64,000 nt of DNA from Flavobacteriales bacterium (GTDB taxonomy: Bacteria > Bacteroidota > Bacteroidia > Flavobacteriales_D > CAJJDF01), in the NCBI GenBank assembly GCA_965655625.1, contig CBFHHA010000002.1, positions 33,655 to 97,654 of the forward strand, written 5' to 3'. The notes beneath the pieces are model-generated. The model was given only the letters and a program-made list of their open reading frames with translations. It was not told where the DNA came from and ran no database searches. Made by a program: the position numbers and the translations under genes. This document shows, one piece after another, positions 56,601 to 64,000 of this stretch. How positions within the stretch are numbered: position 1 is the stretch's first letter; each line of letters opens with the position of its first letter.

Positions 56601-57991
56601 AATGAGATATAACCGAGAATAGAATTGTAATTATATTCCGAAACGGCTAGTAATCTGGCGTTTTCAAGTTTTTCGTAGTGTTTGCTTTGTACAAGTGGTC
56701 CTGGTGCTCCTACAACAGAATTCAAGGTAGAAGTAACGGTACTTAAATTTCTCGCTCCTGCAGCTTGAGATAAGAATCCATATAATCCGTTAGCGCTGTT
56801 AGAAGGAACATCATTGGGGTTGGAAATTCCTTGAGGATTTCCCTCCAAGACTTTCGTTTCACCTAAATCAGAGAAAGCGACAATGTTCCTTGTGTCATCA
56901 AAATCATTGACTCTATTAGTTACCCAAACTTCAATCTTAGTAATCCTTACTTGAGAAGAAACATTGGGCAAAGAAGCCATTGCTTTGTCGTAGTTGTCTC
57001 TGTGGTAATGGTTTAAAAAATAGTGGCGATTCGCTTCGTAATTGTTGATCGGGAGCTCATACTCTTTTTGTTGCGCTCCGTTTTTAATATTGATTTCCTT
57101 TCTTTCTCCTCGGTTTTGAGAAACAACCGTAGAAATATTTAGTTTTCCAAATTTTAGATCTGTTCTAAGTCCAAATAAACTTTGACTTCCTTGAATTAAA
57201 CTATTTTGAATGGGATAGGTAACATTCCCGGCTTCAATTTTTTGTAAAATTTGATCTTCGTTGCCCTCGTAAGCAAGTTTGGTTTGATTTTCAAAATCAA
57301 AGGTAGCTTCCGTATTATAATTGAAATTTAATTTAAATTTATCGCAAATACTCCCTTGAACATTAAGTTGTATTTGTTGATCAAAGTCAAAAGTAGTCAG
57401 TTGTCTTTGCTTTACTGGAATAGCAGGATTTTCCGTCCTTGTTGTATTCAATCCAAATCGCAATTCGGCTGAACCTTGCGGGTTAATTTCAATCAATTTA
57501 CCTTCGCAAATATCTCCAAACTCTCTGTTCTTTTGATCCAATTTTGGAACAAAGCTCCCTGTGTTTGTGCTGTTATCTTCGGCAATTTTTTCTTTCCAAT
57601 ACTCTTCTTGAGCTTTTTGTTCTTGGTATTTTCTATACTCTTCCAACGACATGGTAGACGGGAGGTATAAACTATTGCTATCCCCCAATGTTGTAACGAA
57701 CTCATATCGCCCAGTTTGGGAATTATATCTGGTTTTTCGTTTGATATTGAGCGGGTCTTCTAACCCTAGAATACTGGATTTCGAACGAAATTGGTTATTG
57801 GTGTTTGTATAGGGATACTGAAGTTCGATATCGGGCGAATCTACCTCGATTGGAACTAATAGTTTATTTGAATTTTCTAGGTATTTCTTTCCAAGATTGA
57901 CGTCATCCCTCAAAGAATATCCTGCAAAAAACAAAGAGGACAATCCAATTATTAGAATTACACGTATTGATATGTTCGCTTGTGGGTTCAA
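50633..57991 (-). CDS. sprA: T9SS translocon / cell-surface protein SprA (Sov)
   Basis: 2452 aa with a hydrophobic N-terminal signal-like segment, giant beta-barrel-like composition throughout, and an LQYPYTN...LGLEDPLNIKRKTRYNSQTGRYEF N-terminal region as in SprA. It lies immediately downstream of ruvA. The TTG start is inferred. Confidence 0.88.
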   Translation of the reverse strand: MNPQANISIRVILIIGLSSLFFAGYSLRDDVNLGKKYLENSNKLLVPIEVDSPDIELQYPYTNTNNQFRSKSSILGLEDPLNIKRKTRYNSQTGRYEFVTTLGDSNSLYLPSTMSLEEYRKYQEQKAQEEYWKEKIAEDNSTNTGSFVPKLDQKNREFGDICEGKLIEINPQGSAELRFGLNTTRTENPAIPVKQRQLTTFDFDQQIQLNVQGSICDKFKLNFNYNTEATFDFENQTKLAYEGNEDQILQKIEAGNVTYPIQNSLIQGSQSLFGLRTDLKFGKLNISTVVSQNRGERKEINIKNGAQQKEYELPINNYEANRHYFLNHYHRDNYDKAMASLPNVSSQVRITKIEVWVTNRVNDFDDTRNIVAFSDLGETKVLEGNPQGISNPNDVPSNSANGLYGFLSQAAGARNLSTVTSTLNSVVGAPGPLVQSKHYEKLENARLLAVSEYNYNSILGYISLNQPLNNDEILGVAYQYTYQGKTFQIGEFSTDGIKGNDALFVKMLKGTVNSPQNKVWDLMMKNIYSIGAYQINQENFKLDIWYNNPKTGVEINYIPQPGVDNKLVLQLIGSDIINQQQQSYADGVFDFIPLQYIGNKVDNGGTINPQNGRIIFSKVEPFGSYLEQQLTNAGVSPAVVNTIAYNELYDSTQTIALQFPELNRFKIKGTYESANSSEISLNAFNIPQGSVTVTAGGVRLVENQDYTVDYNIGRVKILNDGVLNSGTPIKISLESNSLFTSIQKTMIGTHFDYQFNKNFNLGATMLRLSEKPMTQKVNIGDEPVRNTMLGINGNFQQDAPFLTKLVDRIPFINTKEKSSITASVEAAYLIPGHNPAIGDEGQSFIDDFEGSQSAIDIRSFNTWVIASVPQGQPDLFPEADLINNLNYGKNRALMNWNVYDPSVFYEERGLVPGYVEADAIQHNHTMRLVQESELFPNRSIDPTAGQIDRIAMFNLAFFPSERGPYNFDTDPSSISRGLANNGLLNDPSSRWGGIMRQLQTNDFENANIEYIQFWIMEPFNSTGGGDNDDSPNSTGGELYINLGNVSEDILRDGIKTFENGLPTDGVFDPSTLTSTAWGRVPTVQQIITAFDNTPASRIFQDVGLDGLSSSQEQAFFSDYLNWVNTSSLSPTAKSALLSDPAGDDYTFYRNDVYDSRTANIIARYKRFNGLEGNSATDEQSQSINAQGYPTSKTTLPDLEDINRDNNLNETESYYQYKINMKPGEMEVGKNYIVDKVVRTHKASGKQVTWYQYRVPVREPNKVVNGIQDFRSIRFMRIFMKNFQQPVILRFARLELLRGTWRRYEKDIVDDGEYIQSDPSGTIFNISAVNIEENSERDPINYTIPPNFQREINPNSAVQAYLNEQSLEMELCGLKDGVAKAAFRSVDFDVLNYKKIKMFVHGEQHTITNDPVQDDDVTIFVRIGTDFQFNYYEYEMPIKMTAYGAVSEADVWPEANNLEIILQDLKNLKVARNNSLGVNASILSIFEQTVPGKTDHIIKVIGNPNLRDLKTIMIGVRNPNKDKAHPWQPDDGREKCVKVWVNELRMADFENSGGWAAQSRVQTTLADFATVSLAGQISTPGFGGIEQRVSERQRETIRQVDAATSIQLGKFFGKNVGLQFPLFLGFSEGIIDPQFDPLNPDIEFDQSISDVSIEEQQQRIKDARDITVRRSINFTNVRLSPKKRSTNMYPWDLKNFGFTYAYNELYRRDIQTEYNTNRTYNGALNYTYQTNMKPFTPFRNSKLLRSSQWFRIIRDININPLPKQLAFTTNIDRTYSESKARDITGNALIIPQFSKTFTWDRNYNLNWNIMEGLRINYNANNQGLIREPGDLKVDKTLYPDEFQMNRDSVLKSFGNFGENNHFLQSTNVTYTWPFKKIPVLSFVNLTTKYQATYDWQRAPLSQDSLGNTIQNSRNIAWNGSFNMKNLYNKVPYFKKVNQKSRNNSRRSATSRIKSGKLESDDGKQDDKDDKGKRKGKSKKKDPNALTFGDGLAKILMSLQNVTFSYSTIDGQLLPGYKLRSEYFGMTNGFTTPGIGFVFGGEQERDFFGRETGNDFAVTSAQNGWLVGPSSRFINTQRTTNHSKNFNSRATFEPFKGIRVELTANYIYSENMNENFIWDDSLGTYQNFNTMRVGNYNYSFNSIRTAFVKDDTNGNSKLFTDLLENRKQASALLNSENPYSAQALDADGFYDGYGASQQEVVMASFIAAYSGKNLTKKTLNPLSALPNLNWRVTIDGLNRMPAIRKLFRSIVFSHAYNSTFTVASFNTDLEAVVDENGNSQTRDESGNIRPEQQVMAVAITEQFNPLFKVDATWQNSLITKFEYRSNRNISLSLANNQITELKGTEITIGTGYRFQNVKFPIKIGKKTPISDINARLDVSLRDNKTIIRKIDQNQNQLTAGQRYIAIKGSADYVLNKQFTLRFYYDRVMTNPYISTSFPTMNQNVGFAIRVNLFQ

Positions 57992-57998
57992 AGATTTC

Positions 57999-58586
57999 TT
58001 AGAAAGTTTTCAAACTTTTTTTAATTAATTCTTCAACGTTTGTAATATTAGGTTCTTTTAACAAAATCTTCGTTAAAGCAGATTCGGCCATTTTTTTATC
58101 AAATCCTAAAACTACAAGAGCAGATAACGCTTCATTTTTAATAGTATTGTTCATTAATCCTGATTTATTATCTAGGGTATCAGATGTCTTCAAGATTTTA
58201 TCTTTCAGGTCTAATATGATACGTTGAGCGGTTTTCCCACCTATTCCTTTTATGCTTGTTAATGAGGTTACATTGTTGGAGGCTATAGAAGAAACCAACT
58301 CACTTGAAGTCATAGAAGAAAGCATCATTCTTGCCGTGTTTGTTCCAACTCCAGAAACCGAAATTAATTGTTTAAACAGTTCTCTTTCTTGAATATCAGC
58401 AAAGCCATAAAGCGTATGAGAATCTTCCTTAATAGAAAGGTAGGTGTATATTTTACAGATTTCTTGATTCCCTATTTTGGAATATGTTTGCAAAGATATG
58501 TGAACGTAATATCCGATTCCGTTGCACTCAAGGATAACGTTTGCCGGATTTTTTTCTACTAATTTTCCGTTCAGGTAAGTGATCAT
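57999..58586 (-). CDS. ruvA: Holliday junction branch migration complex subunit RuvA
   Basis: MITYLNGKLVEKNPANVILECNGIGYYVHISLQTY N-terminus and helix-hairpin-helix motifs (GVGTNTARMML, IKGIGGKTAQRIILDLK). Confidence 0.92.
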   Translation of the reverse strand: MITYLNGKLVEKNPANVILECNGIGYYVHISLQTYSKIGNQEICKIYTYLSIKEDSHTLYGFADIQERELFKQLISVSGVGTNTARMMLSSMTSSELVSSIASNNVTSLTSIKGIGGKTAQRIILDLKDKILKTSDTLDNKSGLMNNTIKNEALSALVVLGFDKKMAESALTKILLKEPNITNVEELIKKSLKTF

Positions 58587-58660
58587 TTATTTGATAAATT
58601 TTATGAAAGCGATAAATATAAGGATTTATCAAGTATTTCAACTACTTGCTGTTTATATTT

Positions 58661-58692
58661 CAAAAAAAAAGAGGAGCCAATTTAGCTCCTCT
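58661..58692 (-). terminator. Rho-independent terminator (usable in both directions)
   Basis: A9-AGAGGAGC-caattta-GCTCCTCT-TTTT. On the minus strand it follows the stop at 58714 and ends in T9. Confidence 0.75.
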
Positions 58693-58713
58693 TTTGCTTC
58701 TTTTTATTTGCTT

Positions 58714-59466
58714 TTATTTCGTAATGACAATTTTTTCAGTCTGTACTGCTTTGTTGCCAGCTCTTACCGAAACAAAATATATTCCCGGTTTGAAATCTCT
58801 GGTATTAATTTTAAAGTTAGCAGATTCATTCGGGATGATTTTTGTGAAAACTTGTTTGCCTAAAAGATCAATGATTTCAATTCTTTTGTTGTTTTCATTC
58901 GAATTCAGCCTAACAGTTAATTCTGTGGTTGCTGGGTTGGGAAAAAGGGCTAAAGTCGTTTCCTTTTTTACCTCATCAATACTAACCATATTTGGGTTAG
59001 TGATATTAAAGGTAACATCAACCCATGTACTATCCGTTGTGTTGGCTACATTATAAAACACATATCGAAATACGCTAGTTCCGTGGTCTAGTTTTGGGTA
59101 TAAATGCCCTGAATATAGTACCGTAGCTCCTGCGTTTATTGGAGAAGGATCACTTATCACAGTTGGTTGGGTTCCCCAAACCACACCAATTGTACAAAGC
59201 CCCCAACAAATTGCGTTTTCTGACAAAGGCGCAGTCGAAGTTTTTTCAATTTTTTTGACTCTTAATGTTTTGGTAGTCGAGTAAAGACTCTTTACATCAA
59301 TTTCCACAGGAACATCTTGGTTCATGTCGTTTACCAAAGCTGCATTTACATTGATGTTGGTTTCGTTGATTAAGGCAGTCCCCCCGTTGTGCGTTCTTAA
59401 CTCAATTTGAGTATAAGAAACTGTAAAAGAAGTGATTAGACTGAGTGCAAGTAGATTTTTTTTCAT
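58714..59466 (-). CDS. Secreted protein with T9SS C-terminal sorting domain
   Basis: Signal peptide MKKNLLALSLITSFTVSYTQ and the C-terminus LALFPNPATTELTVRLN...GIYFVSVRAGNKAVQTEKIVITK. Confidence 0.75.
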   Translation of the reverse strand: MKKNLLALSLITSFTVSYTQIELRTHNGGTALINETNINVNAALVNDMNQDVPVEIDVKSLYSTTKTLRVKKIEKTSTAPLSENAICWGLCTIGVVWGTQPTVISDPSPINAGATVLYSGHLYPKLDHGTSVFRYVFYNVANTTDSTWVDVTFNITNPNMVSIDEVKKETTLALFPNPATTELTVRLNSNENNKRIEIIDLLGKQVFTKIIPNESANFKINTRDFKPGIYFVSVRAGNKAVQTEKIVITK

Positions 59467-59567
59467 GTCATTTTCGGTTATATAAATGTTAATCGGTGAA
59501 ACCAGCTAGTTTTTGGCACAGTTATTTGTATCTTCACCAAGAGTAAAAATACAAAAAAAAGTTCAAA

Positions 59568-60071
59568 ATGACTAAAACAATTAAATTTTCAATCTTGATA
59601 GCGCTTGGAACATTGGCGTTTTCTTTTACGAATGGCAACGGAAAAACAGTTCCATCGGTGAACATTAAAACGCTGACAGGTAAAACGATTAACACATCGG
59701 AGCTTTCAAATGATGGAAAGCCAATGGTTATTTCGTTTTGGGCGACTTGGTGTAGCCCTTGTAAAAAAGAATTGAATAATATTTCGGAGCTTTACCCAGA
59801 TTGGCAAGATGAAACAGGAGTAAAGGTGGTGGCTATCTCTATTGATGATGCCAGAAATAAGCACAAAGTAAAGCCATATGTAGATTCAAAAGCTTGGGAC
59901 TTTGAAGTGTATTTAGATGCAAATCAAGACTTAAAAAGAGCGATGAATGTAAACAATGTGCCGTATACATTTTTGGTAGATGGTAGTGGAAAAATTGTCT
60001 ATGAACACAACAATTACGTACCAGGTGATGAGAAAAAATTATACAAGAAGATTCAAGAATTGACGAAATAA
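59568..60071 (+). CDS. TlpA/redoxin-family thiol-disulfide oxidoreductase
   Basis: Signal peptide plus the FWATWCSPC active site; 167 aa. Confidence 0.85.
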   Translation: MTKTIKFSILIALGTLAFSFTNGNGKTVPSVNIKTLTGKTINTSELSNDGKPMVISFWATWCSPCKKELNNISELYPDWQDETGVKVVAISIDDARNKHKVKPYVDSKAWDFEVYLDANQDLKRAMNVNNVPYTFLVDGSGKIVYEHNNYVPGDEKKLYKKIQELTK

Positions 60072-60103
60072 TTAAAGAGAGGTTATTTTCTCAACTAATG
60101 AAA

Positions 60104-60133
60104 AGCGAAGTTTATGAATACTTCGCTTTTTTT
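60104..60133 (+). terminator. Rho-independent terminator
   Basis: AGCGAAGT-ttatgaat-ACTTCGCT followed by T6. Confidence 0.75.
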
Positions 60134-60179
60134 ATGCACTTTATTCTTACATTTGTTTTAAATAGATTAATCAAAAATT

Positions 60180-60383
60180 ATGAATTCATTCGTGTTTTTA
60201 GCCATCGGAGGTTATCAAATTGTACTTATCGTAGTAGTTGTACTTTTGTTGTTTGGAGGAAAGAAAATTCCAGAACTAATGAAAGGACTAGGAAGTGGAA
60301 TCAAAGAATTTAAAGATGCTTCTAAAGGAGAAGAATCAGATTCAAAGAAAGACTCAATAGACAACGTATTAGAAGACAAATAA
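60180..60383 (+). CDS. tatA: Twin-arginine translocase TatA/TatE-family subunit
   Basis: 67 aa with a single N-terminal TM, then [24 protein letters not shown]. Confidence 0.88.
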   Translation: MNSFVFLAIGGYQIVLIVVVVLLLFGGKKIPELMKGLGSGIKEFKDASKGEESDSKKDSIDNVLEDK

Positions 60384-60395
60384 ATCACTCTTAGT

Positions 60396-61814
60396 TTGTA
60401 TAAAAATTATCCTCAACTCCTTGCAGATTTAACGAGCAAATCCACCACCTGTGTTCAAGTGGTAAAGGATTACATGAAACGAATCGAAGAGAGAAAAAAA
60501 TTAAATACATTTCTTGAAGTATTTGAGTCCAGTGCTTTGAAAAAAGCGAAAGAAGTGGACGAGAAAATTACAAAAGGAACAGCGGGTAAACTAGCCGGTT
60601 TTGTTATTGGGATTAAAGATAATATATGTTACGAAGGACATAAAGTGTCGGCTTCCTCAAAAATTCTTGAAGGATTTGAATCCTTGTATTCAGCTACTGC
60701 TGTAAAACGATTGTTGGAGGAAGATGCAATCATTATAGGAAGACTGAACTGTGATGAGTTTGCTATGGGAAGTTCTAATGAGAACTCCTCAAAGGGGAAT
60801 GTATTAAACCCAATTCAAGAAGATAAAGTGCCAGGAGGTTCTTCGGGAGGTTCTGCTGCGGCAGTAGCTGCGGGGTTATGTTTGGCTAGTTTAGGGTCCG
60901 ATACGGGAGGTTCTATTCGTCAGCCTGCTTCGTTTTGCGGAGTGGTTGGAATGAAACCTACTTATGGAAGAGTTTCTAGATGGGGATTACTGGCATACGC
61001 TTCGTCATTTGACCAAATAGGTCCTTTTACCCACTCAGTTGAGGATGCTGCTCTACTCACGCAAGTAATGGCTGGAAAAGACGAAATGGATAGTACGTCT
61101 TCGTCTTTGGAAGTGAATGATTACCTGAAACAAAGTAGTAAGAAAAAACGAAGAATTGGAATTCCCAAGGAAGTGATAGAAAGCGAAGGATTGAACCCCG
61201 AAATCAAAGTGAAAGTGTTGGCTTTGGCCGAAGCTCTTAAAGCTAAAGGACATGAAGTAGAAACTTTTGATTTTCCTTATTTGGATTACATGGTACCAAC
61301 TTATTATGTATTGACCACGGCAGAAGCTTCTTCAAATTTTTCTCGCTACGATGGAATTCACTTCGGTTACAGAAGCGAAAATGCAAAAGACATTGATTCA
61401 ACTTACGTTTTGTCTAGAACTGAGGGGTTTGGAGAAGAGGTAAAAAGAAGGATTATGTTAGGAACCTTTGTGTTGAGTTCTGGTTATTACGATGCGTATT
61501 ACACAAAAGCCATGAAGGTAAGGCGGGTGATTCAGCAAAAAACAGAAGAAGTTTTTCAAAAATTTGACATTATTTTGGGCCCTACCGCCCCAGATACTGC
61601 ATTTAAGATTGGAGAAAATGTGAAGGACCCAATTACGATGTACCTGCAAGATATCTTTACAGTCCATGCTAATATTGCTGGAAATCCAGCAATTTCTTTG
61701 CCGCTTGGTACTCATTCTAATGGTCTGCCATTTGGGATTCAGCTGATGACCAAACCTTTTGATGAAGCGTTGTTATTTGATTTTTCTAAAGAACTAATGA
61801 ACAACAAAAACTAG
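60396..61814 (+). CDS. gatA: Asp-tRNA(Asn)/Glu-tRNA(Gln) amidotransferase subunit A
   Basis: Amidase signature GGSSGGSAAAVAAG...GSDTGGSIRQPA, 472 aa. The TTG start is inferred because no upstream ATG is in frame. Confidence 0.9.
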   Translation: MYKNYPQLLADLTSKSTTCVQVVKDYMKRIEERKKLNTFLEVFESSALKKAKEVDEKITKGTAGKLAGFVIGIKDNICYEGHKVSASSKILEGFESLYSATAVKRLLEEDAIIIGRLNCDEFAMGSSNENSSKGNVLNPIQEDKVPGGSSGGSAAAVAAGLCLASLGSDTGGSIRQPASFCGVVGMKPTYGRVSRWGLLAYASSFDQIGPFTHSVEDAALLTQVMAGKDEMDSTSSSLEVNDYLKQSSKKKRRIGIPKEVIESEGLNPEIKVKVLALAEALKAKGHEVETFDFPYLDYMVPTYYVLTTAEASSNFSRYDGIHFGYRSENAKDIDSTYVLSRTEGFGEEVKRRIMLGTFVLSSGYYDAYYTKAMKVRRVIQQKTEEVFQKFDIILGPTAPDTAFKIGENVKDPITMYLQDIFTVHANIAGNPAISLPLGTHSNGLPFGIQLMTKPFDEALLFDFSKELMNNKN

Positions 61815-62638
61815 TTTGAGATTACGGAGAGAGGTAAGCTCTCACCTTTGTACCAAACTTGAAGAAGTAGTGTTGTATCAGTAGAAGAACCCAATTTCGA
61901 TCCTCTTTCGACAAACTTTCCAATTACATTTTTAGAACCAGAAACTCCGTAGAAAACTGTCACTATATCGTGTTCATGCTGCAGTGTAATCGTGTTTTCT
62001 TGATAGGAAACAATAGTGCCATCCATAACAGAGGTTATAGGCTCTAACTTCTTACAAGAAAATTGTAAATTAATAGTTCCTTCACTTTCCAACTCTTGGG
62101 GCTCTTTCTCTAAGGGCATCTCAAAGTACAGCGCTTCTTTAAGAATTGTATTTGCCATCGTAAAACGACCTGTTACCACGAAATTCTTCATTTTCTTTCT
62201 CAATGAAGAGTCTTGTTCTGTTCTCTCAAAAATGATGGATTTATAGTCGAAATTAGAATCTGTTTGGAGGGATTCATTCAAAGTATTTATCGAAATAGAA
62301 TCAGAATGTGAAAGGATGGATTGAAGGTTTTTTATCCACAAATCTCGACTGGTATTTTCTAGAGTCAATTCATGTAATTTGAGCTGATTCTCTTTGTCAA
62401 TTTTGTACAATTCAGAACCTTTGCTTGGGTAGCCAGGAACAAAGTTTTTGAGTGAGGTAAAGGAGATGATTGAAAATATGATTCCACCAAAAATTAAGGT
62501 ACATCCAACCAACACCAAAATAGTATTTTGCTTGGTTAAGGTAATTGAAAATTTTTGCTGAAAGGAAATGGGATTCTGAATAATGAATCGATTTTTTTCT
62601 TTCAGGTGTTTTTTCAATTTACTGAACCAATTTTTCAT
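61811..62638 (-). CDS. Membrane-anchored M23/LytM-domain protein with degenerate active site
   Basis: An N-terminal TM (ILVLVGCTLIFGGIIFSIISF) and a C-terminal region with the M23 layout (SVMDGTIVSY...ITLQHEHDIVTVFYG...VERGSKLG...LLLQVWYKGESLPL), but without the HxxxD and HxH residues. Confidence 0.55.
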   Translation of the reverse strand: MKNWFSKLKKHLKEKNRFIIQNPISFQQKFSITLTKQNTILVLVGCTLIFGGIIFSIISFTSLKNFVPGYPSKGSELYKIDKENQLKLHELTLENTSRDLWIKNLQSILSHSDSISINTLNESLQTDSNFDYKSIIFERTEQDSSLRKKMKNFVVTGRFTMANTILKEALYFEMPLEKEPQELESEGTINLQFSCKKLEPITSVMDGTIVSYQENTITLQHEHDIVTVFYGVSGSKNVIGKFVERGSKLGSSTDTTLLLQVWYKGESLPLSVISN

Positions 62639-62775
62639 AGGTGTTTTTTTATTTTCTTAGCAAGAATAAAGGTTTAAAGATAAAATATTTTAATTTATTA
62701 TTAGTTATAGGCTCAGTTTATTGATTAATTTTTACTTTTATCGCCTAGCATACAATTCAACTGGGCTATTTACTT

Positions 62776-64000
62776 ATGAAAATCCATTTAACATATTTTA
62801 TTGTACTTCTGCTTTTCAGCTTGTTGGCAGGCTGTTCCACAGAGAAAGATAAGCGATTAAATAGGTTTTATCACAATACAACTGCCTATTACAACGGTTA
62901 TTTTAATGCCAGAGAGATAATAAAAGTATCTCACAAGGATTATTCAAAAAACGTTCCTGAAGATTTTACTTTGCTCATTCCAGTAAACCGATATCCAAAC
63001 GAGGAGGAGTCAAAGAGTTTTTTTCCTGAAATGAATCGTGCCATTGACAAAACTTCTACTGTAATAGGTAAGCATGCAATGCCAAACGTAAAAAAGGGAA
63101 GAGTCGCCAAAGAGGAATACGGGAAATGGATGGATGAGAACTGGTTGGTTATGGGGATTAGCTATTTCTATAAGCGCGAATATGACGAGGCGATTGAAAA
63201 GTTCAAGTACATTGTAAAAATGTATCCGAAAGACAAGTCTAAGTACTACGCTAAAATTTGGCTAGCCAAAACCTACATTGAATTGGGTGATTTTCCCGAA
63301 GCATTGAAATACATCAATGAAATTGAGGTAGAAAAACAGGCGAAAAAGATTAAAGAAACTAAGCAAAAAAAGACGAAAGAAAGGCGAAAGAAATACAAAA
63401 AGAGACGGAGGAAAAAGATGAACCGTAGGTCCAGTATCAAACGAACTAAAAAACGAGAGGAAGTAAAAGAAGAACGGTCTTTTTTAGTGGAGTTTCCGGA
63501 AAAAATGAATGCTGATTATTTTGCTACTCAAGCAGATTTTTACCTCAGAAGAAATGATTTTACGCAATCTATAGAATTATTAGATAGTGCCATTCATTAT
63601 GAAAAATCGAAGAAACTAAGGGTGAGATATCACTTTATTCAGGCTCAACTTAATCAAGAATTAGGCAACTTACCTCAAGCTTCGGTAAAGTATTCGTATG
63701 TGATTAAGAAAAGCTCGTCCTACCAATTAGTTTTTTATTCCAAAATAAACAGGGCTTTAGTTGCGAGTAGTAAAGACAGAGGAGCGCTGAAAGAAGAGCT
63801 ACTAGACTTGGCAAAAGACGAAAAATACATTGAATTCAGAGACCAAATATATTATGCTTTGGCGGATATCGAATTACAGGAATACAACAAAAGTCAAGGG
63901 ATTGTTTATCTTGAAATATCGGCTGCTTCTGCTCCTTCCAACGAGAAACAAAAAGCCAAAACATTTAAACGTTTGGCAGACGTTTATTTCGAGGATAAAG
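62776..64000 (+). CDS. sprE: TPR lipoprotein, SprE/PorW-like (T9SS); 3' end outside window
   Basis: This ORF is not in the supplied track and is open from ATG 62776 to the window edge. It has a lipoprotein signal with lipobox LLAGC, then CSTEKDKRLNRFYHNTTAYYNGYFNA, which resembles the SprE/PorW N-terminal motif I recall, followed by TPR-like repeats. Confidence 0.55.
   Translation, partial: MKIHLTYFIVLLLFSLLAGCSTEKDKRLNRFYHNTTAYYNGYFNAREIIKVSHKDYSKNVPEDFTLLIPVNRYPNEEESKSFFPEMNRAIDKTSTVIGKHAMPNVKKGRVAKEEYGKWMDENWLVMGISYFYKREYDEAIEKFKYIVKMYPKDKSKYYAKIWLAKTYIELGDFPEALKYINEIEVEKQAKKIKETKQKKTKERRKKYKKRRRKKMNRRSSIKRTKKREEVKEERSFLVEFPEKMNADYFATQADFYLRRNDFTQSIELLDSAIHYEKSKKLRVRYHFIQAQLNQELGNLPQASVKYSYVIKKSSSYQLVFYSKINRALVASSKDRGALKEELLDLAKDEKYIEFRDQIYYALADIELQEYNKSQGIVYLEISAASAPSNEKQKAKTFKRLADVYFEDK

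Noticed and set aside
58646-59056. 136-codon plus-strand ORF (and 58579-58863)
   Set aside because: It runs through the terminator hairpin at 58661-58692 and is antisense to the T9SS-CTD protein gene. It is not coding.
60098-60313. 71-codon ORF overlapping tatA
   Set aside because: It starts inside the terminator hairpin at 60104-60133 and overlaps tatA out of frame. The tatA frame has the diagnostic TatA motif.
1-64000. Search for CRISPR arrays, rRNA, tmRNA, prophage or integrase genes
   Set aside because: I saw no regularly spaced direct repeats, no rRNA-like conserved blocks, no second tRNA-like structure, and no integrase, phage or cas-like proteins in the ORF set.

Overview
This is a 64-kb AT-rich chromosomal segment that reads as Bacteroidota (Flavobacteriia/Cytophagia-like). 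Supporting evidence: type IX secretion (T9SS) genes (SprA translocon 50633-57991, a PorZ-like protein 15520-17859, a SprE/PorW-like lipoprotein from 62776, and three proteins with T9SS C-terminal sorting domains), a Bacteroidota-type sdhCAB operon, LytTR response regulators, and TAnnTTTG -7 promoter boxes. I count about 54 protein genes and one tRNA-Phe(GAA). I saw no rRNA, CRISPR array, prophage or obvious defence island. Most of the window is housekeeping: acpP-fabF, sdhCAB, trpS, gltX, gatA, purN, rnhA, ruvA, recQ, waaA, lnt, tatA. Items most worth a second look: (1) A single IS200/IS605-type Y1 (HUH) transposase lies between tRNA-Phe and the sprA 3' end. It is bracketed by inverted copies of a palindromic hairpin (RAYT/REP-like organisation) and is split by an in-frame TAA, with a conserved-looking tail still readable downstream. 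(2) Two convergent intergenic gaps (23.4 kb and 26.0 kb) hold composite arrays of GC-richer hairpin repeats that share a 24-nt hairpin core with loop ACTTGAT. (3) An uncharacterised, translationally coupled operon sits at the left edge: nucleotidyltransferase-fold protein, B12-type radical SAM enzyme and two SAM methyltransferases. (4) The PorZ-like gene is co-oriented with two GT-C-like polytopic membrane proteins. (5) Several proteins appear to have lost the catalytic or metal-binding residues of their families: a Cys-less zinc ribbon, a His-less M23 domain, and an HExxH-less gluzincin-like region in an 1100-aa outer-membrane protein. (6) A LytTR response regulator is followed by a stand-alone Hpt protein with no kinase nearby. 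All product calls rest on motif and architecture recognition by eye; no database search, HMM or folding computation was possible. I did not find a clearly novel multi-gene system that I can defend beyond these candidates.
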